From Catajapyx aquilonaris (Eukaryota): 64,000 bases of DNA. The translations under genes were made by a program, and so were the position numbers. The stretch is from contig KZ538076.1 in NCBI GenBank assembly GCA_000934665.2, forward strand, positions 1-64,000, given 5' to 3'. Of the stretch, positions 49,449 to 61,037 are shown in pieces (the first letter of the stretch is position 1; every line of letters starts with the position of its first letter). A model generated the notes under the pieces. The model made no database searches and was not told the origin of the DNA. It worked only from the letters and a program-made list of their open reading frames with translations.

Positions 49449-51297
49449 CTAGAGACAATAGCCGAGAATGACATGTGACACTTTGCTAGGGTAATAATAT
49501 TAATTGAAGACCACAATTCAATAAGGGCCCAATTGTGAAAATTGAAAATGTTCAGGAAGCAAAAAAAAAAAAAAAAATCTGTTTCTGTTCATGGTAGGCG
49601 ATTGTGCTCTTAACCTACTGACAGATATATACAACATGAATACCTGACAGCACTTTCATGGAAATCTCCATGTAATTTATATTTTATTTAATACTTTTAA
49701 TGCTGACAATTGGGTCCTTCTTGCATTGTATCGTTCCTTTGGCTTAAATATGTAGAATAAACCGTCTCAGGATAAAATTAATGAATGATTATGATATACA
49801 GGAGACATAGTATTCGCACCTCAGAGTAATTACACATTATATTTAATTAAATTTAATGTTTTTTTTGGTCTCCCATGCCACCTAGGTCTACCATTTTTGA
49901 CCACTTCCCGAGGGCGTAGGTCAAAGATTTTTGGTGACATACGGTATAGACCCACAAGCGCCCACAAGTCTACTTTATTTTCCACTAGGTTTAGCACTGC
50001 TCCTCAGAGGGGAACGTTCTAAATGGTAAAGTAACTCATCTCCTTTAGAAGTAGCGCTTAGACAAATATCACGTCGTGGTTAAAAATCACCGCTATTTTC
50101 AAATCGCGGGTCACTTGTATTCGTATTAAAGTCGCGCTTTTCAAGTGACAATCACGTTTGTCACTGCTATCGAAAAATCGCGTTTTGGTCAGTCGATGGT
50201 TAGAAGCCTTTTCAGGCACTACTAGTGACATCTCGGCTCTCCTTGCATTTTACACTGATGGACATCCACCAGAGGAAGTACAATATGCCATAAAAACATT
50301 TTCGTAAAAATTGACAGATGAGTCCTTATTGCATTGTGTCATTCAATTGATACTAGAGCATGCGTACTGTCGCCACTTCTCTCTTATGTCATTAGACATG
50401 ATAATTATACTTAAGTGTTCCCAGAAAATAATATCATAACAGTAAAGAGTTTGGCTGGGTCTCATCATTGCTCTGCCCATTTTTATATAACTTACCCAGA
50501 TTTCCTGGAGTTTCTACTGTACATGGTAAACTCCTTAAAATTTGGGTCGCTCAAGAGGGTTATGTACTGTAAGTTATGTCTGTTCACATAATTTTAAATA
50601 CTAAAACGGAATTGTTCTAGGAATTGCCATTTTCTAAATTGGTGTGTACCAATATTCATCTGGTATATTTACCGGAATAAAGAAAATTGAGCATCATACC
50701 ATCTTTATTCGCTGACCAACAGCCTAACGGTTCAGCATTGCTATTATAGCTGTTCATGAATATACATACCATAGATCATAATTTGCACAATTTGCACGGC
50801 TCATATTGTGTTTGACATAGTGAAATACCATTAGCAGTAGGTCTAGTGGTTACAGGTAAGCTCCTTTCTACAAAGATGAAATTCAAGTTCCATAGCCTTC
50901 CACTAGGAATCAAAAGATCTACACTTATCGTCTACACATAATAAGTTATAGCATCTCTGGAATAGTAAAGTATAGTGCCTGCATTCCCCAGACACATTTC
51001 AATGGCCTTTTGTTCTTTTTATGTGCAAAACTGAATTACAGCTCCCCTCAGCCCCTCCTCGGTGCATGTATGACTGGGTGCCACCTGCTGACACTGGATG
51101 ATTCACATTCCATCTATCAACGAACTGCCTGAACTTATGAATTCAATATGTGTCTTCAACACCGTCTATTACAAAAGTAATCCCAAACATTGATTGTATA
51201 TTTAAAATCATTGTACTTCTCTAGTTTTCAGTGTATTAAACAACAATTGTACGATAAATCATAGGTCGAGCTTAATTTTAATACATTTTCTGCATAC

Positions 51298-51515
51298 CTG
51301 CACTGATTCCATCTGCCCTTCCAGATGGACTTAGCACACTCCTTCTCTATTTCCGTCAGCTGCAGGGTTCCATGTAGCCTATCATATAAAATGGCATTAG
51401 CAGTCTTGTATCGATCATTCAGGTCCTTCTTCTGAAGCTGTAAGTCACGAATACGTGCCCTCTCCTCTTCAAGATCGTGTCTAGCGCGATTCAGTTCTGT
51501 TCTCATTGCATTAAC
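51298..51515 (-). CDS. Uncharacterised coiled-coil protein, exon
   Basis: Acceptor tattctcag|, donor CAG|GTATGC. VNAMRTELNRARHDLEEERARIRDLQLQKKDL..., phase 0 to 2. Confidence 0.85.
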
Positions 51516-51777
51516 CTGAGAATATACATTATACAGTTATCAGTTGGCATTTTCGTACAGGCACATAATACTGTATACTTGTAAATTTTTGTCAGAAATA
51601 ACATTTTATGTTTTTATCACACAGTGAACAATAAGACCCCAAAACATATTGTTTGAATGTATTATTGTGTTCAAGTACACTGTAGGCCTACTTGCTACGA
51701 TCCGGAATGTTCATGTAATGAATATATTAGAGGAGAGTATCACAGTGTCCTTATCAGTATTCAAACTTTTTTTTGCA

Positions 51778-52078
51778 TTACCCCATTGGGATTTACCATA
51801 TCCTTTAGGGGGGTGGATTACCACCATCGAAAATTGGGAGCCATATAAGAAGATCTTAATTCATTACTCCAGGGTAGGTAGGAGGGGATGTGCAAAGTGC
51901 AAGTGCAATGTCTCTAATGGTCATTTTGTGAGCTCCCCCGGGTGGCTTAGTCTGTCGGAAATTGCCACCCGAAATGAAGCCAGAGATGGCCCCAACTCTT
52001 CACGGATAAAGGTGGGAACCCCGGGTGGGGATCGAACCCGGGACCTTAATATCCGTGGGCGCGACCTAAACACCTAGC
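51778..52078 (-). mobile_element. tRNA-derived SINE sharing its 3' tail with family A
   Basis: B box GGTTCGATCCC on the minus strand; tail ggtaatccacccccc...tcccaatggggtaa resembles family A; body differs. Confidence 0.55.
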
Positions 52079-52426
52079 AACTACGTATAAAAGACATGAC
52101 AAACCGTTTGGTATACTCCAAGAGTTCACGTATCATGCACGAGACGGCCACACGGACTAGATCAAATCCCGAATTCCCCATGGTTTGTTAAGCGAATTAC
52201 AACTTAAATTCGCTCTCCTGAAAACTTACACTTTTGTGGGTTATCAGTATCACCTTTATCCACCACACCCCTCACTTGTAAAATAGCATCACAGGGCATA
52301 ATTTTACGTAGTTCAAAGAAGCTTTTATGATGCAAAAGGTATACGTGAGAAGAAAAAGATGATAGATCACTGCTCAAAATAGATTCACTTTTAACTTAGG
52401 CATATTTGCAACACTTGATTGCTGAC

Positions 52427-52754
52427 CTTGTTCTGCAGGGTGGACGCCAACTTCTCGTACTTATCTGCACGTTTCTTTGCATCTGCACCCTCACTGTGGA
52501 GCGTAGTCAGTTTCTTCTTCATTTTGCTTGCCTCAGCGCGGAGTTTCCGCGCTTCAACCTCTAAAGTCTTGTGCAGTACTTTTGTGCGTCTCAGTTCTTG
52601 TTCCATCTCGTGGTACTCGGAACGAGTTTTTTCAGCCAGTTTCTGCATCTGGTAGCGTTCTATCTCTACCGCTTCATGCTTTTCTTTCCAAGAAGATTCT
52701 GCGACCCGACTGGAGAGCAGCATTTCCTGGGAAAGTTTCAGTTCCACACAGCGC
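52427..52754 (-). CDS. Uncharacterised coiled-coil protein, exon
   Basis: Acceptor ttttctttgaaaag|, donor AAG|GTCAGC. RCVELKLSQEMLL...LASTLQNK, phase 2 to 0, consistent with both neighbours. Confidence 0.85.
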
Positions 52755-52876
52755 CTTTTCAAAGAAAAGGGAGAAAACATTATTAGAATACCTTGAGATA
52801 CAGTAGGCACGAATTATCATCAATTACGTCTAAATAAAAGGTACAATAGCCTTCTAGATCTTAATGAAATTCTTAC

Positions 52877-53478
52877 TGTAATAACTCTCCCTCTTTCTTG
52901 TTAATCTTCTCTTTGGCGGAATGAAGCGCAAAGTCAGATTTAGTTTCTCGGACAAATAGTGTGCTCTGTGTGTCTCCTAACTGATCCTCATTCCGCTTCG
53001 CTACCTCTTTCAGTCGTGCCTGACCCAACTTTAGATCATTGCACTCATCGGTTTTCGCCTCCAGGTCCTGCCGAAGCTGAGACTCACACATGGATAGGAA
53101 CCTGTTCAGGCGATCCAGTTCTTCACATTTGGTTTCGAGCACCATCCTCCCCTTGATCTCTTTCAGAGCGAGCTCTGCTCTACGCTGAAGCTGGTCACAT
53201 CTCAGCTGATAAATGTCATCCTGTTTCCGTATTTCCTGGTGCTTGTAGGTGTTCTCTCGCCGCATGTAGTCGCGGCTAAGTCGACCCTCTTTCGTCTGCT
53301 TGAACTCTTGGAAACTTGCACGCATCGTCTCGAATTGGAGGTCCTCAAACTTATGGATGTATGAAAAGTGATAGTCATTCAGGTTGGCCATAAGCTCAGT
53401 TAACTTTTCATTGGTGGTCCTCAGGGAGGTGACATCATGCGCCTCCTTTGTCAACAGCTCAACCTTAACTTGTAATTT
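52877..53478 (-). CDS. Uncharacterised coiled-coil protein, exon
   Basis: 602-nt open frame (KLQVKVELLTKEAHDVTSLR...KEGELLQ), E/K/L/Q/R-rich with heptad character. Acceptor catcttatag|, donor CA|GTAAGA. Confidence 0.85.
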
Positions 53479-53748
53479 CTATAAGATGAGACAAGTTTTT
53501 GGGAAGAAAATAGTATGGTACTTTTGCAGCAATGAAAAGAATACTTGGCACTGTCAAGTTGGCCACTCAAGTAATTAGGTTAGGCTACACTTTTTCATGT
53601 AAGTTACTCACGCACAATCACAAGCTGGTTTCAATGATTCCGGATAGAAAATTATTTAGAGCAGTTACAAGTAATTATATTTAGATTTATAATATAACAT
53701 ACCGGTTCATTTGAAATAAATGTGTGTGTGTGTGGGGGGGGGGGGGGG

Positions 53749-53996
53749 NNNNNNNNNNNNNNNNNNNNNNNNNNNNNNNNNNNNNNNNNNNNNNNNNNNN
53801 NNNNNNNNNNNNNNNNNNNNNNNNNNNNNNNNNNNNNNNNNNNNNNNNNNNNNNNNNNNNNNNNNNNNNNNNNNNNNNNNNNNNNNNNNNNNNNNNNNNN
53901 NNNNNNNNNNNNNNNNNNNNNNNNNNNNNNNNNNNNNNNNNNNNNNNNNNNNNNNNNNNNNNNNNNNNNNNNNNNNNNNNNNNNNNNNNNNNNNNN
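53749..53996. other. Assembly gap flanked by poly-G and poly-C
   Basis: Run of N. Confidence 1.
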
Positions 53997-54726
53997 CCCC
54001 CCCCCCCCCTCCCACTGACATCTGTTTCCACTCTTCTCTCAACCCTCCAGTTTGAATGTTACGTCACATGGTGCGTTTTCATATGCCTCATCGCTAGCGG
54101 TGACGTCACTAGTGGATGTTCTGTGACCGGGTGCGAGCCCGCCCCGACCAATTTTCGCGTAAAATCACTCTTGCTCTGTTCGCACGGAGAGTGGGGGTCG
54201 TGGGGGTCGTCAGGTGCACACACATGGCCCGGGCCTCGGTGAGTTAGAGGTGACCTGCTCGGGGCATGGCCACCTCGAGACAAGGCCGGGGTGCGGAAAC
54301 GGGTGGAACGCTGTGACGTCACGCTAGGAGCAGTAGGAGGCGAGCTTTTCCATAAGTGGGCTATGGCGGGAGAACGTTTTTGTACACATTTCCGCGAATT
54401 TCGTCATACCAATAGGGTACATCGGAGGCCCATGACACTACCCTCTAATTATTGATGTCAGGGAAATAATGTGGGGATGCCAACGGCATCAAATTCGATT
54501 TAGTACGTGTGCAATGTGTCTGCATATTCGGCGATATAAGACGAAGGATGTTAGGCATGAGGAAGAAAGTGCAGGAATAATTAATAACAATGGGGTTTTA
54601 AATTATAAAGTATTAATTTTAATATTATTTAATATTTCCTATTTTGCGGAAAGAGTCCAACCATAACATGCAAGTTATACTCATAAGCATTGAAGCAAAA
54701 TTAGCACATTACACAACATATACATA

Positions 54727-55651
54727 CAGTAGGGGAGAGTGCTGTACCTTGAGTATATAATGTACCTTGGAACACTCATGTACCACAGTTCGTGTTGACA
54801 TGTAGCGGCCACGTTCTGAATCAAAGGATGCATATGCCCCCTAGTTGTAAGCAGACCCTAGCAGGTAGCCATTTTGGAGAAGGGTGTGACGACTGTGACC
54901 GTGAGTGGTTGGAGTGTGTTTGGGGTACTCAAAAGTAAGTATTTTGGCAGGTCTTTTGTCGATTATTGCTCCTGTCATATAACAGATTTGTAGTAGATGA
55001 AGTTCTGCTCTGAAGTGTACACCAATAGTCTACAGTGCTGAATCATTTATTACCTAGCTGCCAATCATGTAATGCACGAAAGAGAGGCAAGTTCATTTCT
55101 AAAAGTAGCCTTGCACGTACCTTGGAACATGTCAGCTAGAGTGTTGAAGGCCCATACGCACAGGCGATCGACGGTTTTGGTATTTGGTCGCGTTGACGCC
55201 GTGGACAAATGAACAAGCGCAACACAAGTGCTGAGCTTGTTTTCATGAGTCATGATTGGTCCGCGGCGTCAGCGCGACCAAAGACCAAAACCGTCAACCG
55301 CCTGTGTGTATGGGCCTTTAGGGTGTCATCAAGAATAGGGTTCAAAATTGGCTTTGAAAACTACAACGTGAAATAAAATATTTGCATTGTTGAGCCTAAT
55401 ATCATGCTGGAAAATACGTAAATTGTTCCAAGGTACATCAGCATGTTGTACCATGGAACATTTGCAACAATGTCACATATTAATTATTTTTAGTAAAGTT
55501 ATTAGTGGCATACAAAATGATGAAGTTCCATTGTGTGGGCAACAACATGCTTTATACATGGACAGTTTCATATGTTGAAAGCATGAACAACTTTACTAAA
55601 TAAAAGTAAATGTTGAAAAAGTGTTCCATGGTACAGCACTCTCTCATACTA
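54727..55651. mobile_element. pogo/Tc1-like non-autonomous element
   Basis: Ends tacagtaggggagagtgctgtacc / ggtacagcactctctcatacta, with internal gtaccttggaaca repeats. Confidence 0.65.
55147..55318. mobile_element. Harbinger-like MITE nested in the preceding element
   Basis: aaGGCCCATACgcacaggcg...cgcctgtgtGTATGGGCCtt, ~65-bp arms. Confidence 0.7.
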
Positions 55652-55843
55652 TCGGGTTCAAATACTTTTGGCCACTTTATCCTGGTCTTGAAGCAACCCT
55701 TCACACACACACACACACACACACACATTCCTGCGCCCCATGCTTCGAAAATGCGCTTCGAAAATGCGCTTCGAAAATGTGTGTTTTTCTTGCCCCCACA
55801 GGGCAAGAAAAACACACATTTTCGAAGCGAGTGTAAACTGATC

Positions 55844-55908
55844 TAACCTAACCTACCCTACCCTAACCTAACCTACCCAAACCTAACCTAACCTACCCTA
55901 CCCTACCT
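55844..55908. repeat. (CTAAC/CTACC)n, arthropod TTAGG-like repeat
   Basis: ctaacctaacctaccctaccctaacc..., preceded by a hairpin with 3x gcttcgaaaatg (55742-55829). Confidence 0.8.
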
Positions 55909-56337
55909 CTCCTATATGCTGAGAAAAATGGACTTTTGTAAAACCCTACATAACGGAATTGTGGGGACATGTCCCCACTGAAGCAGTATCCCACCAGGCG
56001 TTTTTGCTGTGGGGACGCGAAATGTCCCCACAATTTGGAGCATGTCCCCAGAGCTACAGTCAAAACACCAACCTTGGTCCCCAGACCCTATGCAAGACCT
56101 GAACACCCACACACCCCACACACCCCCAACCTATACCCTTGTGCCCCCCAGAAAAATTTCTGGATCCGCCACTGCTTCGATGACCCTGTATTTCACTTAA
56201 TTGCACAAACACCTAATGCTGTCAATTTTAATTTCAATGTATCCTAATACTGTTTAACTTTAAATTGAAGTTTGTTGCTGTGTCACTTAAAATAAAATAG
56301 ATATGGTTTAATTTACATGCGATTCTCATTTTCATAC

Positions 56338-56481
56338 CTCAATTTCCGCAAGCGTGAGATTGTACATGCCTAAATACTGGCACGTCTCACACTTCTTCTC
56401 ATGCTTATCCTCATCCTCATCCTTATCCTTAGTCTGTACGTCCAGACGCAGTGGTTGGACGAGCTTGCGGAAGCCATTCAT
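56338..56481 (-). CDS. Uncharacterised coiled-coil protein, probable first coding exon
   Basis: Exon 56505-56338 bounded by ttag| and GAG|GTATGA. ATG in atcATG context at 56481 gives MNGFRKLVQPLRLDVQTKDKDEDEDKHEKKCETCQYLGMYNLTLAEIE, phase 0, in frame with the next exon. Confidence 0.6.
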
Positions 56482-57158
56482 GATGACCGAAGTCAACCGA
56501 AGTACCTAATCCAAATGTTATAACGGAAACAATTAACGATCACGTTGCTAGTCAACAAGTAGTGTAAGAAACAAAACACCTCAATATTTACCTCCAACTC
56601 CTTTAATTGGAAAAGATGATATTAATCTGTCCCAAGTGAAAATATGGTGTTACAACAAGTCAATCATATTATTATCAGTAGAAAAATGATAAATCAATTT
56701 TCAACAAATAACAATAAATTGGCATCAAAGAATAAGAAGTCGGTAAAGTAAACAAGCAACAATCGCAAGTTAACAATAATTGCAACAGATCAGAAATTAC
56801 TGCGTGCTGGAAGCTCAAATCAAACTTCAGCATACAATATTCAGCTCACTGTATTTGAATTCTGATGATGGCTGCTGATTTGGCTTTTAATGGTGCAACC
56901 TCATCAGAATAGATACTCTGCGTCAGAAAAAGTGGCTAGCTATTTTCTTTGCAGTGCTTATCTTATAAACTGTTACCTTGCAACAGTTGAACTATGAGAA
57001 GTAGCCTTAGAAAATTTCAACCGATCAATTAATATCATCTTCTTCGTTGTTGTTGTTGACTGTTGTTCCTGAAAACATGGCGTAACGGTCATAACCTACT
57101 GCTGTTTCGTAGTAGTGGGTTCTTTGGAGGGACTACCTAGTCCTAGTGAAGCACTCCA

Positions 57159-57195
<37 letters not shown>

Positions 57196-57197
57196 GC

Positions 57198-57231
<34 letters not shown>

Positions 57232-57233
57232 GC

Positions 57234-57264
<31 letters not shown>

Positions 57265-57266
57265 GC

Positions 57267-57324
<58 letters not shown>
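57159..57324. repeat. Compound (ATA)n microsatellite with three ACAGCA interruptions
   Basis: Directly visible. Confidence 0.95.
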
Positions 57325-57326
<2 letters not shown>

Positions 57327-58316
57327 GTGTCTCAGGATTCATTTGAATTTTACAGGGCGATCACATTGGTTGCTGATAAAAGGAATGGGGTCCTAGCCTA
57401 CATTTTGCAAAGCCATCATGTAAAAATCGTCCTTATTTTAAAATGAATATTGGTGTTTTTTGTTTGAAGAAATACATATTATAATTTTCGAGCTATGGTC
57501 GATCTAAGATCATAATAATTATACGGCATCGTATTGCCCTCTGAAGTCACTGTTTCTAAACAGATCGGTGCAGAGGCAGGAATGCACCCGGGCTGCTTTG
57601 TTCCTTTGTTTGTTTGCTTTGTTGGTAACAACAACGGAATCGAACGACCGCCATAGGGAACTGTCTGCTGACGTCAATGTCGTAAGTCAGGAGTGGGAAT
57701 GCGTTTTTTGGACCACGCCCCCTTTTTCCGCCAATTTGAGAGTGACTTTTAAACCCGCAATAATTTATCGAGAAATGACATTTTGGTGCCGAAAAGTGGT
57801 GGAATCCATGTTTATAGGTTTGGTTGAGCTATTTGTGTACAAATTTCCCAAATCCCAGACCAACCCATTGTAACTCAAACGATGGCTGAATGCAATATTG
57901 CATGTTTTATTAATAAATGGGCAATGTAAGAGTTAATTACAATATTATTCCATAGCAAATTCCGCATTATGTCATTCTCTTTTCCCCCCTTTCAAAATCA
58001 CCTCAGTCATAATTGTTTAGGTATCATTATCTCTAAAACTGCTATGAGAAGATTTCCTACACCATTCCCAGCGAAGAGCATGGATCATGGAAGCAATAAT
58101 GAAGTGACGGATTTTCGCCAATATGGACGTAGCTATTGCGTTTTTGCCCTCTCCTGAAAAATTAGGCATCATAGTAAGGCACTTATGCAAACGACTTCTT
58201 CATCTTTGTCTTGGTTTTCTCGCCCTTGGTTTTCTCCTTGGCTTTCATTTACCTACACGAGTGGATTTCCTTGTATAGGATTCAAGGATTGTATCCATTG
58301 ATGAAATTGACATCAC

Positions 58317-58317
<1 letters not shown>

Positions 58318-58381
<64 letters not shown>
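58318..58381. repeat. (TTA)n microsatellite
   Basis: Directly visible. Confidence 0.95.
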
Positions 58382-58383
<2 letters not shown>

Positions 58384-58713
58384 CTCTCGCGAAGCACACG
58401 CTGGGTAATTATTTTTCATTGCAATGCACTCAGAAATACATCAAGGTTACTGCAGAGGAAGCAGTGGTCGCTGTACCCTGCCATGTTTCCTGCTTATTTG
58501 GGCGAGCACTTCCTGGCTCAACGGAGGGAGGCTGGGAGGGGAGGAGGGAGGGAATGAGGGAGGGGACCAACCAAAACTCTTTGCTCGACCAGCGCCCTCT
58601 TTTTTTGGTTCAATTGTTTTTCTTTGCATTTGGATTCCACGCCACATGTGGACACAACTTCATTCCACCCTGACACTGGCGTGATATCGATACCCGCAAA
58701 GCATGCAGGGGTG

Positions 58714-58791
58714 ATGACACAGTCCAAAGAGAAGTCCCGGATGGACCTGGCGGATGGAAGTCCTGTTCGGATGGAGAAGAAGCAGAAGCTC
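58714..58791 (+). CDS. Unidentified gene, candidate first coding exon
   Basis: ATG...MTQSKEKSRMDLADGSPVRMEKKQKL followed by C|GTAAGT, phase 0, compatible with the exon at 63476. Confidence 0.5.
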
Positions 58792-58849
58792 GTAAGTGTG
58801 GCCAGTGAAGAAACATTTCTCATCTCAATGTTAAAATTTATGAACACTG

Positions 58850-59200
58850 TACGAGGGGCGTTCAGTGTTTGTTAAAATCTGACCATGAAGCAATAAAGCT
58901 GTATGCCTGAAAATAAGCAGGCACGTAGTTCCAACCGTCAAATGTGCCCTAACGCAACAGATATTGCATCTGTGTGTAGAGATCAGTAGACGTATGAAAT
59001 AGACCCTACGTGGTAAATTCGTGCGTGGAAATAAACTATAGTTGTGCGATGTAATAAAGTTCTTGAAAGAATGGACAACACCATCCGACGATCCAGATGG
59101 TGGTGTCTGTTTATCCCGGGGGAAAAAGTGGTATGAATCATACTCCCGACCACAAGTTACTCGTCCCTTCAGGCAGTGTGCAATGAGAACTGCGACCTTA
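58850..59200 (+). mobile_element. Degenerate mariner 5' end
   Basis: TACGAGGGGCGTTCA resembles a mariner TIR start; downstream LQAVCNENC resembles the N-terminal L..VYGE motif. Confidence 0.35.
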
Positions 59201-60850
59201 CTATACAGGAGATGATGATTCTGAATGATGGAAATTTTGATACGCCACTAATAGACGTACAGGGAGGGACATACAGGGAGGATAAAATCAGCAACGCATA
59301 CAGGATTGTGATATAATACCAATAAATTTAATTAATCTCTGTCTTGAATGTAACAGGCAGTAAATAAAAAGTTCACGGAAAGTATCGGTTTGTGATATAT
59401 GCTTCTGCAGCACCCGGCTCTGGCTCTTGCTTTTTTTTAAATATCAAAGACATTTTTCTCATATTTAATGAGAAGCCGACTCACATGATATCACGTGCTG
59501 CGTAATTTGCGGAATACAAGCAATGCGCAAATTGTTGCTGCAACTCAAAAGTTGTCATTTCCGGGAAGTACAGAGTAAAAGTGGCATAACGAAGGACTTA
59601 ATCGCGGTCTCGGGGCGTCGGTAAAACCTCTTCCTGTGTAAAACGAGTCCTCTGTTCCTTTTTCTCTTGCTCATAACTTGTATATGCATTGATAATAATT
59701 ATTCGCTCCGTTGCAACTAAACAGCTGGGCTACAATATGCTCATGACCATGACTTACTTTCACTTAGTAGATAGTTTTTGTGGCACATACTCGTGCATAT
59801 CAGATTCACCCACAAATAATAATAATAGCTGCAATAAGTGTCACAAGATAATTGTAGCCAGGAATTTATTTAAAAGACTTTAGAATAATTTAGAATGATT
59901 TCATTTGAAAGTAATAGTCCCTGAATAATTCACAATTATTTTAGCCTTATTTTAGCATTAGTCAAAAAAGGTGTCAACCAGGTCAACCTCTGTAATCATT
60001 GCGGGTCGTTGGTAACTCCCCAAGTGATGACGTAATATGGGGAATGCCAAGTTTGGCGTAGAAAAAATTTTGATCGAGAAATATCGCACATCTGACAAGT
60101 CCAAACAACTCACTAGGGAAATTAGACGACCATTTTGTCACCATGTAATGGAGAGATGATGGAGTTACATTAATAAATAGGGCTATACGTGTCCAAATAT
60201 GATACGCACTCTATTCTATGAAGCATTTTCAATGGCCAGGGGGATGTGGGTGGGATAAAACCGGCAGAGTCATCTGGAGGGTGTCACTAACCACACCTCC
60301 TTGACTCTCACTTAATTGAGCCGGCTTTTTAACAGTTCGTCCCATCAGCCTGACGTTGATACAGGTTCGTTCTGGAAGCTCCGCTCTACTGTCGGTCCCA
60401 AGTCTGTGCCCATGTCGATGGTCAATCAACCTGGGTCTGGCCTCTGATGTGCACCTTGCCAGTATAGCCTATTGTGTACCTGATTGTCATTGTCATCAGT
60501 ACACGAGACATATGTCTGGTAAGCAACCTGTGTGCCTGGGAAAATGGTGGAATAGGCTAGAGATTGTGCATAGAATCAGCAGGTCAGGGGGTGCAAGTAT
60601 GTCGGTTTAGATAATTTATATGAAAGAAGAATTATTTGTTTATAACCCCCAACACTGTTTTCTGCATTGCGCTACACCGTGGAAAAGTAACACATGTTTT
60701 ATGGGGCCTTCAATCATAAATATAATATGGCATTGCAACAATTATTTATTTCAAGCAATTTCTCTAAAAAGCAGAAAAATGTGGTTACAAATGGATTCCA
60801 ATAATCCAGCTACAGTATCAGGATATTTCCTGTCATAATCGAGTTCTCTA

Positions 60851-61037
60851 CAGTAAACCGCAAAACATTAAAATAGCATCACTGGTGAATCTCTCATGGA
60901 ACATCAATTTTTAATGCTCTTGCGATGCTTTTAGCAACAAAAAACATCACAGGAGCATCAAAAGAGCATTATAAGAGCATTAAAAATTCATGGTCCATGA
61001 GAGACTCACAAGTTTTAATGTTTTGCGGTTTACAGTG
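60851..61037. mobile_element. Tc1/pogo-type MITE
   Basis: TA|CAGTAAACCGCAAAACATTAAAA...TTTTAATGTTTTGCGGTTTAC, foldback interior. Confidence 0.78.

Noticed and set aside
49020..49478. Plus-strand 152-aa ORF (likewise 41079-41552 minus and 52419-52806 plus)
   Set aside because: Antisense shadows of real coding exons.
50496..51128. Extra exon-like segments in the coiled-coil gene (50566-50496, 50749-50700, 50867-50770, from 51128)
   Set aside because: I could not chain them in frame, whereas 51298>49448 joins directly. Alternative use cannot be excluded.
53687..54242. ORFs spanning the N run
   Set aside because: Artefacts of the assembly gap.
55844..55908. True telomere
   Set aside because: Short, degenerate and intronic.
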